From assembly GCA_046563655.1 (NCBI GenBank), contig CM102283.1, forward strand, positions 5,952,001 to 6,016,000: a stretch of DNA of 64,000 nucleotides. Reading direction: 5' to 3'. The translations under genes were made by a program, and so were the position numbers. Of this stretch, positions 45,439 through 56,900 are shown one piece after another (position 1 is the stretch's first letter; each line of letters opens with the position of its first letter). Below the pieces are notes generated by a model. That model worked only from the letters and a program-made list of their open reading frames with translations. It ran no database searches and was not told the origin of the DNA. Source of the stretch: Yuukianura sp. NJ FZ-2021. Its lineage: Eukaryota.

Positions 45439-47985
45439 TCAGCTTTTAACGAAAAAAATAATTTTCTGTTTCAAACTTGGGCGAAATTTCTCAGATAAGA
45501 CGCGTCTAATAGGCGAGGAAATACGGTATTTGAAAGTTTTCTTAATACAATTATTAACTCGATGAGCACTTTGTCGAATTTGTTCCAAAACATTAAGACT
45601 CATCCGTATTCGACATGTACGATTTCTTTTTTGAACGATTATTTTTGCTTTTTGACGAAAATACCAAGACTGGACAGCCTTAACTATTCTGGCGTTGAAA
45701 GCAACCTCCTTTACGAATACCAATGCAGATACTGCAATTCCTACCAGAAGTAACAAGAAAATCGTCCCGAACTTTTTAGTTAGCCCCATTGGAACAACTT
45801 TTGCCACTTCCCGCTGGAACTCGTCTTCATCAATTTGAAAACTCTTCTTTCCATCGTACGTTCTAAGCGTTTCCCAGTAGTGTAAAAATCCACCAGTAGA
45901 CAGCGCATCTATATTTGATTTGATGTAAACATTGTCGTACGTCTCTTCCGTAGGAGAAACGACATATCTTTTATCGCTAAACTTAAATTGCTTCATCTCC
46001 ACGTGTTTTCTATTTCCAAAATAAACAGCACTCTTGGCTCCGTTTTCCAAAGTTGTTCTGAAATGAGACAAAAAGATGTCTTCCATGGGCATTGCAAATA
46101 CGGTCTTATTACATTCCTGGATTTCTTTCAAGATGAAGGTGTTTGGATTAATTTTTTCCAGCTCTAATTGCAAATAGTACAGGTCTATCGGAGATAAATC
46201 TTTGGCTGCTGAACAATTCATTCTAGGTCTAGGGTAATCTTTAGGAAATCTGGAATGCTTTTTAAGTCGTAGAGCCATCTTTTTCTTTTCTTCTTGTTGT
46301 TCTTTCGTTAGGCACATGTTCTCTGCGAAAGAATCTGCAAAGTACAGAAGAAGTTCTTGATAGTCACCAACAGTAACGTTAGGATTTTTACACTGCTCTT
46401 TTAGCATCTGAGAGATAGATTTGAAATACTTCCCAAGAATTGAGTAGTTCTTGTCCATCACTTCTTCAAACGTTTCAAGTTTTTGCCAGGAAGGAGCCAA
46501 GGAGAGTTGAGAAGTGAGAGCACTTCTGTAGCCATTGGACAACAAAAGACCAAGGAGCATCATTGGAATGGCCACAACATAGTAGTGGCTACTATTGGAC
46601 AATTCTTTTGTAACTTTGGGAGAAATTTCGAGGAGAGATGCAAAAATGATGAGCCACGGTTTGTCTTGAGATTTAAGTCTCCAGATGAGGATCCAAGTGA
46701 AGGTGAAAACGGCGCTAATTGTTAGAAAGATAACTCCCCATACAGTTAGGTCGAATGCTTTAACGTACATCTCGTATGGATTTTCAGATGTGTATCTCCC
46801 ATCACAAGTGATAAAATTGAACTCCCCGCCGTAAGTACTTGGAATCATTGCAATTGTTAGCGGGAGCATGACTTTAAAGTAATCGTTATAACTCTCTGAC
46901 TGCTCCAGTAGGAAATGAAAAGTAGCCTTGTGGGGGAAGTCTCGATACAGGACAGTATTCGCCGTGTTTAAAATATGTTGGCCTTCCGCATTAAGAATAA
47001 AAAATTTATTGAAACAAGATTCGTTTCCTTGGTTTGCTACGTTTGCTCTAAAATCACCTGGGAATGAAACGGCCAGCGCCGTTTTGTACTTTCCGGTTGA
47101 CAAGAAATTCAGGAGAAGGTACATGAAATGGTAGTTTGAAAAATGGCGTTGTCCTGGATCCAAAAGGACAGAAGGTGGCGGTGCTGATGAGATGCAATGC
47201 CGCGCAACTCCAGTTTCAATTAAGGATCCTACTTTGAAAACTTTTGTATTGTTTTCAAAGTGGAAACGGACCTCCTCCACCCAAACCTTATTATGGATAG
47301 AGCCTATGCCACTTAATTGTGAGATTTCTATGAAAAGTTTAACATAGGAGTTGTACAGCAATTTCTGAGGTTGTACGAGGATGCTTCCGTTAAGCAGCAT
47401 ACGAACTTCGATTACGGTACAACGGCACATATTTGCCAATTCACGCATTATTCGCTCAATTACGTTTTGTTCGATTATTCCAACTACAAATGAATTTTGC
47501 GTTTTGAAGGGACGGTTGTACCACATCAGATCACCAATAGATAGGAGATTGCGTTCGGGATTAGTTAAATCTCCAGAGATCAAGTGTATGTATCGCCAAA
47601 TAAATCCTGAAAACGTGTTAATATGCTCGTTTTTCATAGTTTTGTTGTTATCCATTCCACAGAATACAAAAGCGAAACATTTCACTTTAAGTTGCAGTGT
47701 ATGATTTGTTTCCAATTTTGTAAATCCTGGTCCAGGTGGTTTTGAATCAGAACTGAAAAGTAGTGGAAAGTCGAGTGGTGTATTGATTTGGCATAGTTCC
47801 AAACGATTGCTTCTTTCATAATTCATTGTCAAGAATTCCGTCCAACAACTGTTAAAAAATTTTAAAACTTCCGTATGAATTTGGTCAGAATTTTTTGCAA
47901 CCACATAACTGTGACAAGTTAGAAGAAAACGGACAAACAGGATTAGACTTGCAACAAATTTGGTTTTGTCGAAAATCAACGCCAT
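45439..47985 (-). CDS. Intronless divergent ionotropic receptor (IR/iGluR-like chemoreceptor), ~848 aa
   Basis: Single ORF from ATG 47985; hydrophobic N-terminus, FNFITCDG, M1 (YVKAFDLTVWGVIFLTI), M3-like LLLSNGYRSALTSQL, LETFEEV, GFLHYWE, terminal helix GTIFLLLLVGIAVSALVFVKE. Confidence 0.75.
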   Translation of the reverse strand: MALIFDKTKFVASLILFVRFLLTCHSYVVAKNSDQIHTEVLKFFNSCWTEFLTMNYERSNRLELCQINTPLDFPLLFSSDSKPPGPGFTKLETNHTLQLKVKCFAFVFCGMDNNKTMKNEHINTFSGFIWRYIHLISGDLTNPERNLLSIGDLMWYNRPFKTQNSFVVGIIEQNVIERIMRELANMCRCTVIEVRMLLNGSILVQPQKLLYNSYVKLFIEISQLSGIGSIHNKVWVEEVRFHFENNTKVFKVGSLIETGVARHCISSAPPPSVLLDPGQRHFSNYHFMYLLLNFLSTGKYKTALAVSFPGDFRANVANQGNESCFNKFFILNAEGQHILNTANTVLYRDFPHKATFHFLLEQSESYNDYFKVMLPLTIAMIPSTYGGEFNFITCDGRYTSENPYEMYVKAFDLTVWGVIFLTISAVFTFTWILIWRLKSQDKPWLIIFASLLEISPKVTKELSNSSHYYVVAIPMMLLGLLLSNGYRSALTSQLSLAPSWQKLETFEEVMDKNYSILGKYFKSISQMLKEQCKNPNVTVGDYQELLLYFADSFAENMCLTKEQQEEKKKMALRLKKHSRFPKDYPRPRMNCSAAKDLSPIDLYYLQLELEKINPNTFILKEIQECNKTVFAMPMEDIFLSHFRTTLENGAKSAVYFGNRKHVEMKQFKFSDKRYVVSPTEETYDNVYIKSNIDALSTGGFLHYWETLRTYDGKKSFQIDEDEFQREVAKVVPMGLTKKFGTIFLLLLVGIAVSALVFVKEVAFNARIVKAVQSWYFRQKAKIIVQKRNRTCRIRMSLNVLEQIRQSAHRVNNCIKKTFKYRISSPIRRVLSEKFRPSLKQKIIFFVKS

Positions 47986-50900
47986 TTTTTTTCTCTGAAA
48001 TTTGAACAGATTCAAACCCTCTTCGATTATTTACAACAATCGAAATGTGGAAGAAGAAGGTTTTAATTCCTTATTCAAACTTATTACTGCGACGTTCTCA
48101 CACAATTCGTTCGTATCGTGCCCAAAATTTTTAACACGGATCTCATGTTAACCTTAACCTTATGTTGCACAGAGGCTTCTGTGAAAACTCTAGACTCGTT
48201 GAAAGCTCACGAATTTTTTTGGCAAGTACTATTTAGTAAAACGCTCTGTATATTCACGGCGCGCTTGTTGTCAATTTATAAAGTTTAATATATTATCCAT
48301 TATCTGCTGAGAACATGCAAAAACCATTTCATTCCGTTAATGGAACGAATCCATCTGAAGTGACGAGGGGAGTTATTATTATATTTAAAATCATGATGGA
48401 CTTAAAAAGAAAATTCAAAAAATTCTGTTAGATTGCGATTGCAAGCGGGGATCCAATAAAGTTTTTCTGCTAAGGTGTCTATTTGATGAAACTTTCACTT
48501 TATATATGGTATGTGCCATTTTGACTTCCATGACCTCTTCGCACTTCGCCTCGACTGATAGTAAAATTATTTCATGTGACATTTGAAGTGTTTCGGATTC
48601 AATTTGACTCATCCTGTATCACTTTCTTTTATTCTGTTTGAAGGTAGGCCATAAAAAGAAAGTTGAATAAGTTGTGAGCGTGTCAAAGGCAGCAGGATAT
48701 AGTGGTTAGAACATATCTAGTGTAGAAAGTGTTATTAAGGGAAAGTGTGAAGGCGTGGAAAGTGAAAGTGAGAAAGGGGTGGAGACAGGGGAGGGGGAGT
48801 CCCTTGTTTTGATTTCCCCCGCGTGTCAACTTCCCCCCTCCCTTCCCCTCTTACCCCCAGGGGGAGGGGTGGATTTCCAGCCGAATTAACCCAGAGATTG
48901 CCCAATTTGTAGGATGGAGTTGATTGGGTGGGGGGAGTGGGGGATCCTAAATGGAACTTACTTTCTCTTTCATGGATTTGTCCCAAGGGAGGGAGCGCAT
49001 GAGGAGAAAGCACTCAATTTCCCCGTCGTACTTGTTCTAGTCAGTCTCAATTCAGAATCTGTCGGAGCAGAAAGCCTCAGTGACGATGAGAATCTCAGCA
49101 GCACAAACTTTTAGCTACTTTCTCCGCCGCCTGTCCCACTCACTTTAAAAAAAATACTTCCCTCCCAAAAATTTGTCTCCCTAATGACTCCCGCTTTCCA
49201 CTTGTACTTAAAAGACTTTCCAAAAGGACTTTTAGGAGGATCACATCAAAGGAAACAGGAACGACACACACATGGTTACAATCTACACGCAAACCATATT
49301 CTACTCACACTTTCACTTCACACTTCTCTCCACTTTCACCGCAATCCTCTACTAACCTCACTTTGTAGCAAATAACGTCCTAAAAACTTCCAAATTATGA
49401 ATTGCAAATTAACTCGTTTATTTCTTCTTTAAAAACCACAGTTTTTAAAAGCATGTTTCAATTTACCTTTTATACAAATTTTATGCCATCAAAAATGAAT
49501 TACACGTAATGTACATAAGTAATGTAAGCTTTCATATCAAATTTTGTTTATCCGGGTAAATTTTCAACGTTAATTTCAGAAGGAGGGGTGCCTCCTAATC
49601 GTCAGAATTTTCGGAACCTTTCAGATTCCTTACTTCCGAAGCAATGTTTTTTCAGTGAAAAGTGAAAGTAGAAAAGGGCTAAAAGTTTGAACCACATTTT
49701 GATGGGAAAGTTTTTTCCTCAGTGAAATTAGAAAGATAATTTACTACCAAATAATGTAACATCATGAAATATTGGAAAGAAAATTTTGTTTAGTAAAAAT
49801 ATAAACAAAATTTACAAAAGTATACCGCTAATAATCTTGCATAAAAAAAAGTTTTTGGTGAAAGCAAAAATGCAGGAGCGGGAAATGTGAGATTAAATTG
49901 TGAAGAAATGAGATACATTAACCGTTAATTCTGAAAAATGAAGAAATTACGTGACGCATTGACAGTTAGTTTTGAAAAAATGATTAAATTAAGTGACGCA
50001 TTGATGGCTAATTTAATAAAATTTTGTTCTATTGTATTGTTTGCGTGGATTAATAGAGGAGGAGGAAGTTTATTAATTGTGGCGAGGTGACTGGGCTTTT
50101 GGTCACACAAAGTTGTTCCCTTTAGCGCTTTATTGCATCTTCAACCTCCTCTCAACGGACTTTAATTCCGTCGACTAGGTTCTCAATTAATCATTTTTGA
50201 AAAGAGGGAGTGTTTTGCGTGTTTTTGAAGTTGGATTGAAGTCAATTAGAAATTCATTAGGGAAGATGATGGTGCATTCTAGAGAGAGGGAGATCGGAGG
50301 TATAATTGCAGAGTAAGTGGGGAATAATAGGAGGCTGATTATGGCTGTTCCAAAGGGAGCTATGGGAATTATGGACTTCATCTTCACTACGATTACACTT
50401 CCATTATGTCTCCAGACACTTCCCTTTTGAATCTTCCTCTCTTTTTTGAATCTTCTCTCCTTTTCAACAGTCCATTCTTCCTAGAACTACTTTATTCTGT
50501 CTTTGTTAGGTTAGGTTTGTTCCCCTGGCTACTGTGAATTACAGTTCGTCTTGTAGCGTCAAGGGCCTCAAGAAAATGACTTCCTTAGGTGACAAATGAT
50601 GAAGCTTTTTTTGAAAAAGTCTCCGTTTAACGCTTCATTAAACCAAACTTTTCAAAAGAAGAGTTCTCTCTAACAACGTAATTATGATTATGATGTCTTG
50701 TCAAGTGGTCGTCACAAGGAAGTGGCTTATTCCTCAACGTCTAATTTCAGAATAAAGACATTTTTGAGTAGTAATCTGGCATCTTCTCAACAAAGAGTAA
50801 ACGGCATTTTGAAATGTTTTGTAATGCTTTTCAGGTTACAAGCCCAATTTACCTCAAAAATTAAGAAAACTCACTCAAGTTCACTTTGGGTTCCGCTGAT

Positions 50901-53900
50901 AGTGATTCTCTTCGTGAAATCTTTATTTCATGTCAAAATTCAGAGATTTTAAAACAAGTTTACGAAAACACTTTAGCATTTTTTTTTTCAAAACTGTTTA
51001 CGAATAAATGTTTTGGATTAATTCAGGTCATAAATCTTCAAGAGTGAAAACTGTTTGGCCTACGCTTAAAAATGTCAAGTTAGGTGGTTAGGGTAAAAGT
51101 GTTATTTATGGAAAAGTTGAAAGTTGTGTTCTGGTCACTGCGTCCAATTCTATAACCGCCACGGTTCAAAATTCAAAGCTCACCCTCCCTGTTCTGAAAC
51201 GATAAAAGATCCGTGAAAGGTTTTCAACATTAGGTTAACATTATGGCTTCAAAGTTGTGTACCCTGATCCTGATCAACATCAGAACAAAGATCAAGTTTC
51301 CAATCGTGTTTGGAATTGATGTGGGAACTTTGAAGTTAAAGCAAAGCAGAAAGTGGAGTACTTTGATCTAAGTTGGTGATCTTTTGGAATTAAGGCATTC
51401 ACTGGATCATTGCTCAAAACCTTCACAAGAGCCTTTAAAACTTCCCTCAAATAGGACCACTTTTCCCTCTTGAACACACATCCCAAGAGGGAGAAAAATG
51501 GACTGCTTTAGCGTTCTTTTGCAAAAGAAAGAAGCTTTTTGCATTTTTTAAATTTCCCGCAGTTGTGCTCAAAGGGAAAAAGATACAAATTGGATTTGAG
51601 GAGAAAACCGACAAAAGCAAACCATTTTGCTACAATCGAGTATCGATTCAGAAAGCAGTCGGAGAAAGCCGACTTTCTCCAAAGAGTAAAATGCAGTCGA
51701 CCAATTTAAAAGTAAAAGTAAAATAGTAATACCGAAGTAAAATTAGTCAAAATCAACAACAATATTAAAAGTAACACAAAATTAAAATGTAGTAGTAAGT
51801 ATACACCAAAGCGCACCGATAAATCCGAAATTCTAAAAGTAAACTTTAATTAGAATAACTTAAAGCAGTAAAAGTGGAGAAAGTTTGTATTTTGTAGACA
51901 GATTTCCATTTCCTGTCTCGATTCCAAGTGGGTTGTAATTGAAGCTTTGTGCAATTTTGGTTTTCAAAAGAAGAAGATGAGGGTGGGGGTTGGGAGGGGT
52001 GTTGAACAAAAGCGTTAATGACAAGAGAATTAATTTTGAGGGTTTTACAATGGGAGGAGGGGGAGGGGGACGTAGAAGTTGGAAAAGTGCGGTATTCTGC
52101 CTAAGTAAAATGTGTTTAAATGAAATTGAGAGTCGTTGAGGGTGCTGTTTGAACAGAGAGCAGTTTTTGGATCCTGTTTGAACAGAGGAGAGAGAAAGTG
52201 GTACTTTGGAATCACTTTCCCTTTTCGCTTCCTTTGTTGTTTCTCTGCCTCAAATAACAATAAAAGTCCCACTAATTCCCTCTTTTCTTCCCCCAACTTT
52301 CTCTTTCAAATGGTCTAACATTAGGCTAAGGCACTTAACGTTTACAACTATTTAAACAACGCCCCAAAACTACGTTTGACAACGCTTATTTTGAGCAAAA
52401 ATGAAACAAAGACATTTTTTATGTAAGTTTCACCATAAACATTTTTAATTCAACCGTCCTCGGTAGATACTAGCGGTTGGAATCAAAGAATTACAAAAAT
52501 TGCATTTAAAAAAACGAAAATGAAAAAGTCGATGTTAGAAAGTTTTAAACGTTACAATTTTGTGCCAAAACACCGCAACTTGTTTTGTTTGTGTCAGAAT
52601 TTGCCGAATAGTGAATTGCGTGTTTTTGAAATCTGAGAAAATCTCACCACTTTTTTTGTGTTTTGGCGAATTGAAAAGTTGACCGAGTGCTTGAAGCTGG
52701 CGGGTTTATTTGAACTTCTTTTTTTCTGTAACTTCGTGGGTTTACTTGATTTTCTTTCAAAGTTGGCGGCGGGTTTATTTGAAAAGCTGTTTTGATTTCG
52801 TGCTGGGAATGCGGTGTAATATTTTTTTGTTATGTGAAGTCAATTGGTATTTGTAAAGAAAACAATGGAGGGGAAAGGGAATTGAGGAAAGTGAGTTCCG
52901 GTCGTTGTTTAAAAGAAAGTCCATTTCTCCCGCCGTTGCAGAAAACACACTTAAGTCATTTCCTCTTCCTTGAGGACAATGGACTTTGGCGGGCTTTATG
53001 GTTTTATTAGCTCAGTTCACAAGAAAGAAAGTGCTAAGCAAGAAACCAAGGCTAATGCAATTCCGACGACTCCCCCTCCACAAACCGAATTTATTTTCCC
53101 ACCCCCCGAAAAAGTCCCGGGAACTTTTTAAAAAGCGAAACTGGGAGAGACAGGCGGAAATCCTAATTTATCCTTGGAGTATCCATTGTCTGATGTGTCA
53201 TTAGCATAAAACCCGCCATTTTGAAGCACTTAATCGACATTAAGTTGGAAAGCGCGGGAACATTTATTCAAAACCGCACTTGATAGTTCTTTGGCTGGCT
53301 GGAGTGTTGATGACTTCCGGAGTTGAAAGGGTTTGGAGTCTCCCGGGACTTCCGGAGCTGAAAGTGGAGAAGTGCGTGTGGAGGGAGTAACTAATCAAAA
53401 GCTCATGTTGAAGTCTAATGGGACTCCAAGTGCCTCTTGTAATACAATAAGTAAGTTCAAAAGGCTAGTCCACAAACGACTATGTTCTAAACCCTCCAGA
53501 GAGACACGGCTTTTGCATGCCTTGGTCCCATTAGAACTGAAACCGATTAAGAGCCACAAAAGTGCCACTTATCTCCCGAAGAATCGGAACCAGAAAACAA
53601 CCAATTCCCACATTTCCATTTGTACAATCAAACACAAGATCATCTCAAAGGAGGATCAATTTTTATAACACACAAAAACAACAGACTCAAAAAATCGGGA
53701 AATTATCTTCTCCAAAACCCTGTCATTTGTTTAAGAAAAAAAAACAAACGAAAATTAATTTTTGCAAAACCTACTGAAACTTTCAAATCGCTTTCGCTTT
53801 GAGAAAACCAAAAGCGTTGTTTTCAAAACATTGTAAAATTTTTAGAATTCTACCTTCAAAGTTCAACATAAAAAATTGTAATGTTTTTAGTTTTTCTAAA

Positions 53901-56900
53901 TTCCAAATTTTTGTAAATCAGAAGGTCATAATTTTTGTTTGCTTAGGATTGGCTTAGGTGGGTTTTCTTACAGAGATTCTGACTGGAGCGTTAAAGTTGT
54001 TTTGTGCGAAAGTTTGTTTGATTTCGAAGTTTCCGAGGTTTGGTAAGCTCTTCCTCTTCCGAAGGCGTTTTCTTGTGACGAAGATGGTTGTTTGTGTATT
54101 CTGGAGAGGGTGTCCTATCTTTTCTACAGAAGCGAGTGTTAGTTGTAGTGACAATTTGGAATGAAGTGGTAATGGGTTTTCCTTTATTTGATATTCATGA
54201 GCTTTCGAGGCGTAAGTTACGGACTTCAGGCGGAGAAAGCAGAGGGGAAATCAGAGCAATAAACGAGACAGAGAAGGAGAAAATCCCACGAGAAACAGCT
54301 CAAATCTCAGCTCCTGCGACACGCAGACCAACACTGCGCAGTCGCAACTTTCCCCTGAGCATCTCCTGTCTCTTTCTTGTTTGAATTCAGGCGCTCAAAT
54401 CACATTTTCAGATTTTCATGGCGCCTTTTCAAAAAAATTCTTCTTCTTTTTCAGATTTCCCCGCCCTTATTGTCTTTAACGGTACTTGATCTGCTGATGA
54501 AGATCTGTTGTTGGGCTGCTTAAAGAGGTGCAAAGTGATACACAATTGACGACGCCAAATGAAGTCTGCTGTAGTGAGAGGTCAACAATTTCAATTGGTT
54601 TTCCGTGACTTCACATCGTTTGTCTATTGTGAAGAGGTCAATTTGAAATAAAGAGGGAAGTTTTGAATGATACAAGGGCTAATCATGAGCATACCCCTCT
54701 ATTCATTTCATAATTACGGTTCATGATACTTCTTCAGTGGTGTACTAATGGCCCTTTGATCGTTTTCTCACAATTCGGAGAGTACACTTGGAAAAAGACA
54801 ATTTAAAATTTAGTTTTCCAGTGCCAAGTGGAGCATAGACTAATATTTCAAATTTCCCCCTTCCATTTTTTTTCTTTGTCATTTTGATTTAAGTTGGTCT
54901 GCTGTTTCCGCGGCGCCTTAAATCGAATTATTTTAGAAGTTGATTATGGTAATATCACGGAAACGTGTGGACTCCTTCCAGGAAAATTCAGACCTCTAAT
55001 TTTCAAAACCAATTTCAATCCTTACCACCATTCAACTACCACTTCAACGCCAGTTAACAATTCCAGCACATGCTACTCCGCGCCAGTTCTGAATTTAAAA
55101 AAACTTTTCTTAAAAAAAGTTCAAATCAGTGTTAGTATATTAGGTTTTTTGAAACTTTGAAATTTGACATTTGATTATGTGCTTTTTTTTAAAATTCTTT
55201 TGCCTTTTTTTTGTGACAATTTTTTGTACTGTTTTGTAACTTGAAATTATGAACAAAAGTTAATCAAATGGAAACAAATTGACACTGAAAGGCACTTGAC
55301 CACTTTTTATTTTTTGTTTTTTTTTTATTAAAATTTTTCATTCCATCTAAGTTTTGTGTCACTTCAGCTTTACGTTCCGCTTATTACATTTTTCTGCTTT
55401 GTTTTTAACAATTTTATTATTTTATTTTGATAAATGTTGTATGAAATATAATTTTGAAACTTTAAATTTTATTGCCTCGTAAGTAGTTTAATGTCCTTTT
55501 CATGTATAGTATTAAAACGGGGTTTAGAGGAAAATGAGTCTCTTTTTTGGCAGTTAAAGTTCCCTCGTTCATCTCCAAAGTGATCATTCATTTTGTAATT
55601 TTTATTTCGTTATAACCCTCCCGCCTCCTCTTTCCGTCCATAAGTAATTGTGTATTGAATGATATAATTTGAAAAAATTCATTTGATCGTGAGATGTTAT
55701 TTCTTTCTTTTGCTCCTAAAGGAAACGATTCCCTGCTACCTCTGTATTCTTCTCCTAATTTTTCAAAAATGTAAAGACCCTCATTTACAACAAAAATCAA
55801 ATTATGATTGGAATCGTGACAATTTGTTTTCTTCTTCTTCGTTATCCTATTCAACTAGACCAGTAATTTCTACTATTCACAAATACATTTTTATATTATA
55901 TTAACAAAAAAAACTAACAATTTTTCATTTCAATTCCACTTTTTGGTACGCGCTGGTTTGTTAAACCGTCAATTGGCTTTTCTGTTTTTCACTTTTTTTT
56001 TGTTTTAACTTATTTTTCTACCTAAAGCCAAGTTAACACTAAAAAATTTTTAGTTTTGAGTTACGTTAGCATATTTTGATATAAAAAATTTTAATTGCGA
56101 GAAAAATATTTACTCCGAGATAAAATCCTATTTCAATTTCCTTGTGCGGAAAACTCTTTTTTTGCAAAGTGAAGAGGTTTTGCACAAAATAAAGCATTTT
56201 TGCACAAAAACTAGTTTTGTTGCCAGAATTGGCGAAATTGAGGCGTAAGTGTTGGAATTAGATTCGAATCTAAATTGGATGATTAATTGCACCAACTTTG
56301 AGGCTTTAACTTTGTGTATTTTTTGTGCGTCGATTTTTGCTCATCCTATTGTTTAAGTTTAAAAGTTTCATAAAGACTTTAGAGGTCGACATAGTTTTGT
56401 GTGTTAATTCGACTGTGACGATGAAATAAAGTGCTGCTTCTGCTCCAAGTTTCCTTTCTAAACTGGATTCTTATCCCATCAACTAAAATCCACCAAAAAA
56501 ATCAAGATTATTTAATTCGCCCCTTTAAGTCTGTTTATGAATTCAGTTAGTAATTATGTGCGTGTATGTTTCACTTATCCCTCTGAATCTTCCCACAACT
56601 TTACTCAAAACCTTCCTCCTCCATATCTTAAACTACGCATTTAACCCCGCCAAAGTTTAAAATTTAAACCAACTTAAAAGGACAACCGGTTTGAACTTTC
56701 CACACAAAGAACGGCTTAATCTGTAAGATCTTAGTCAAATTTACAACTCACTATAACTGACGCTTCACAATTGTAATCGGGCGAACCCATCTAAAGTCCC
56801 ACCGAGGTGGAACAAAATGTAAAAATCAACGCAACGGCGCAAACGCAAGAGATAAATTCACCTGATCTGCATCTGCGCAGGTCACAACGGAGAGCTGCGC

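Noticed and set aside
52699-52783. Repeated ggcgggtttatttgaa and scattered TTTCCCGC (E2F-like) sites
   Set aside because: Similar words occur throughout the window; no evidence of specific enrichment
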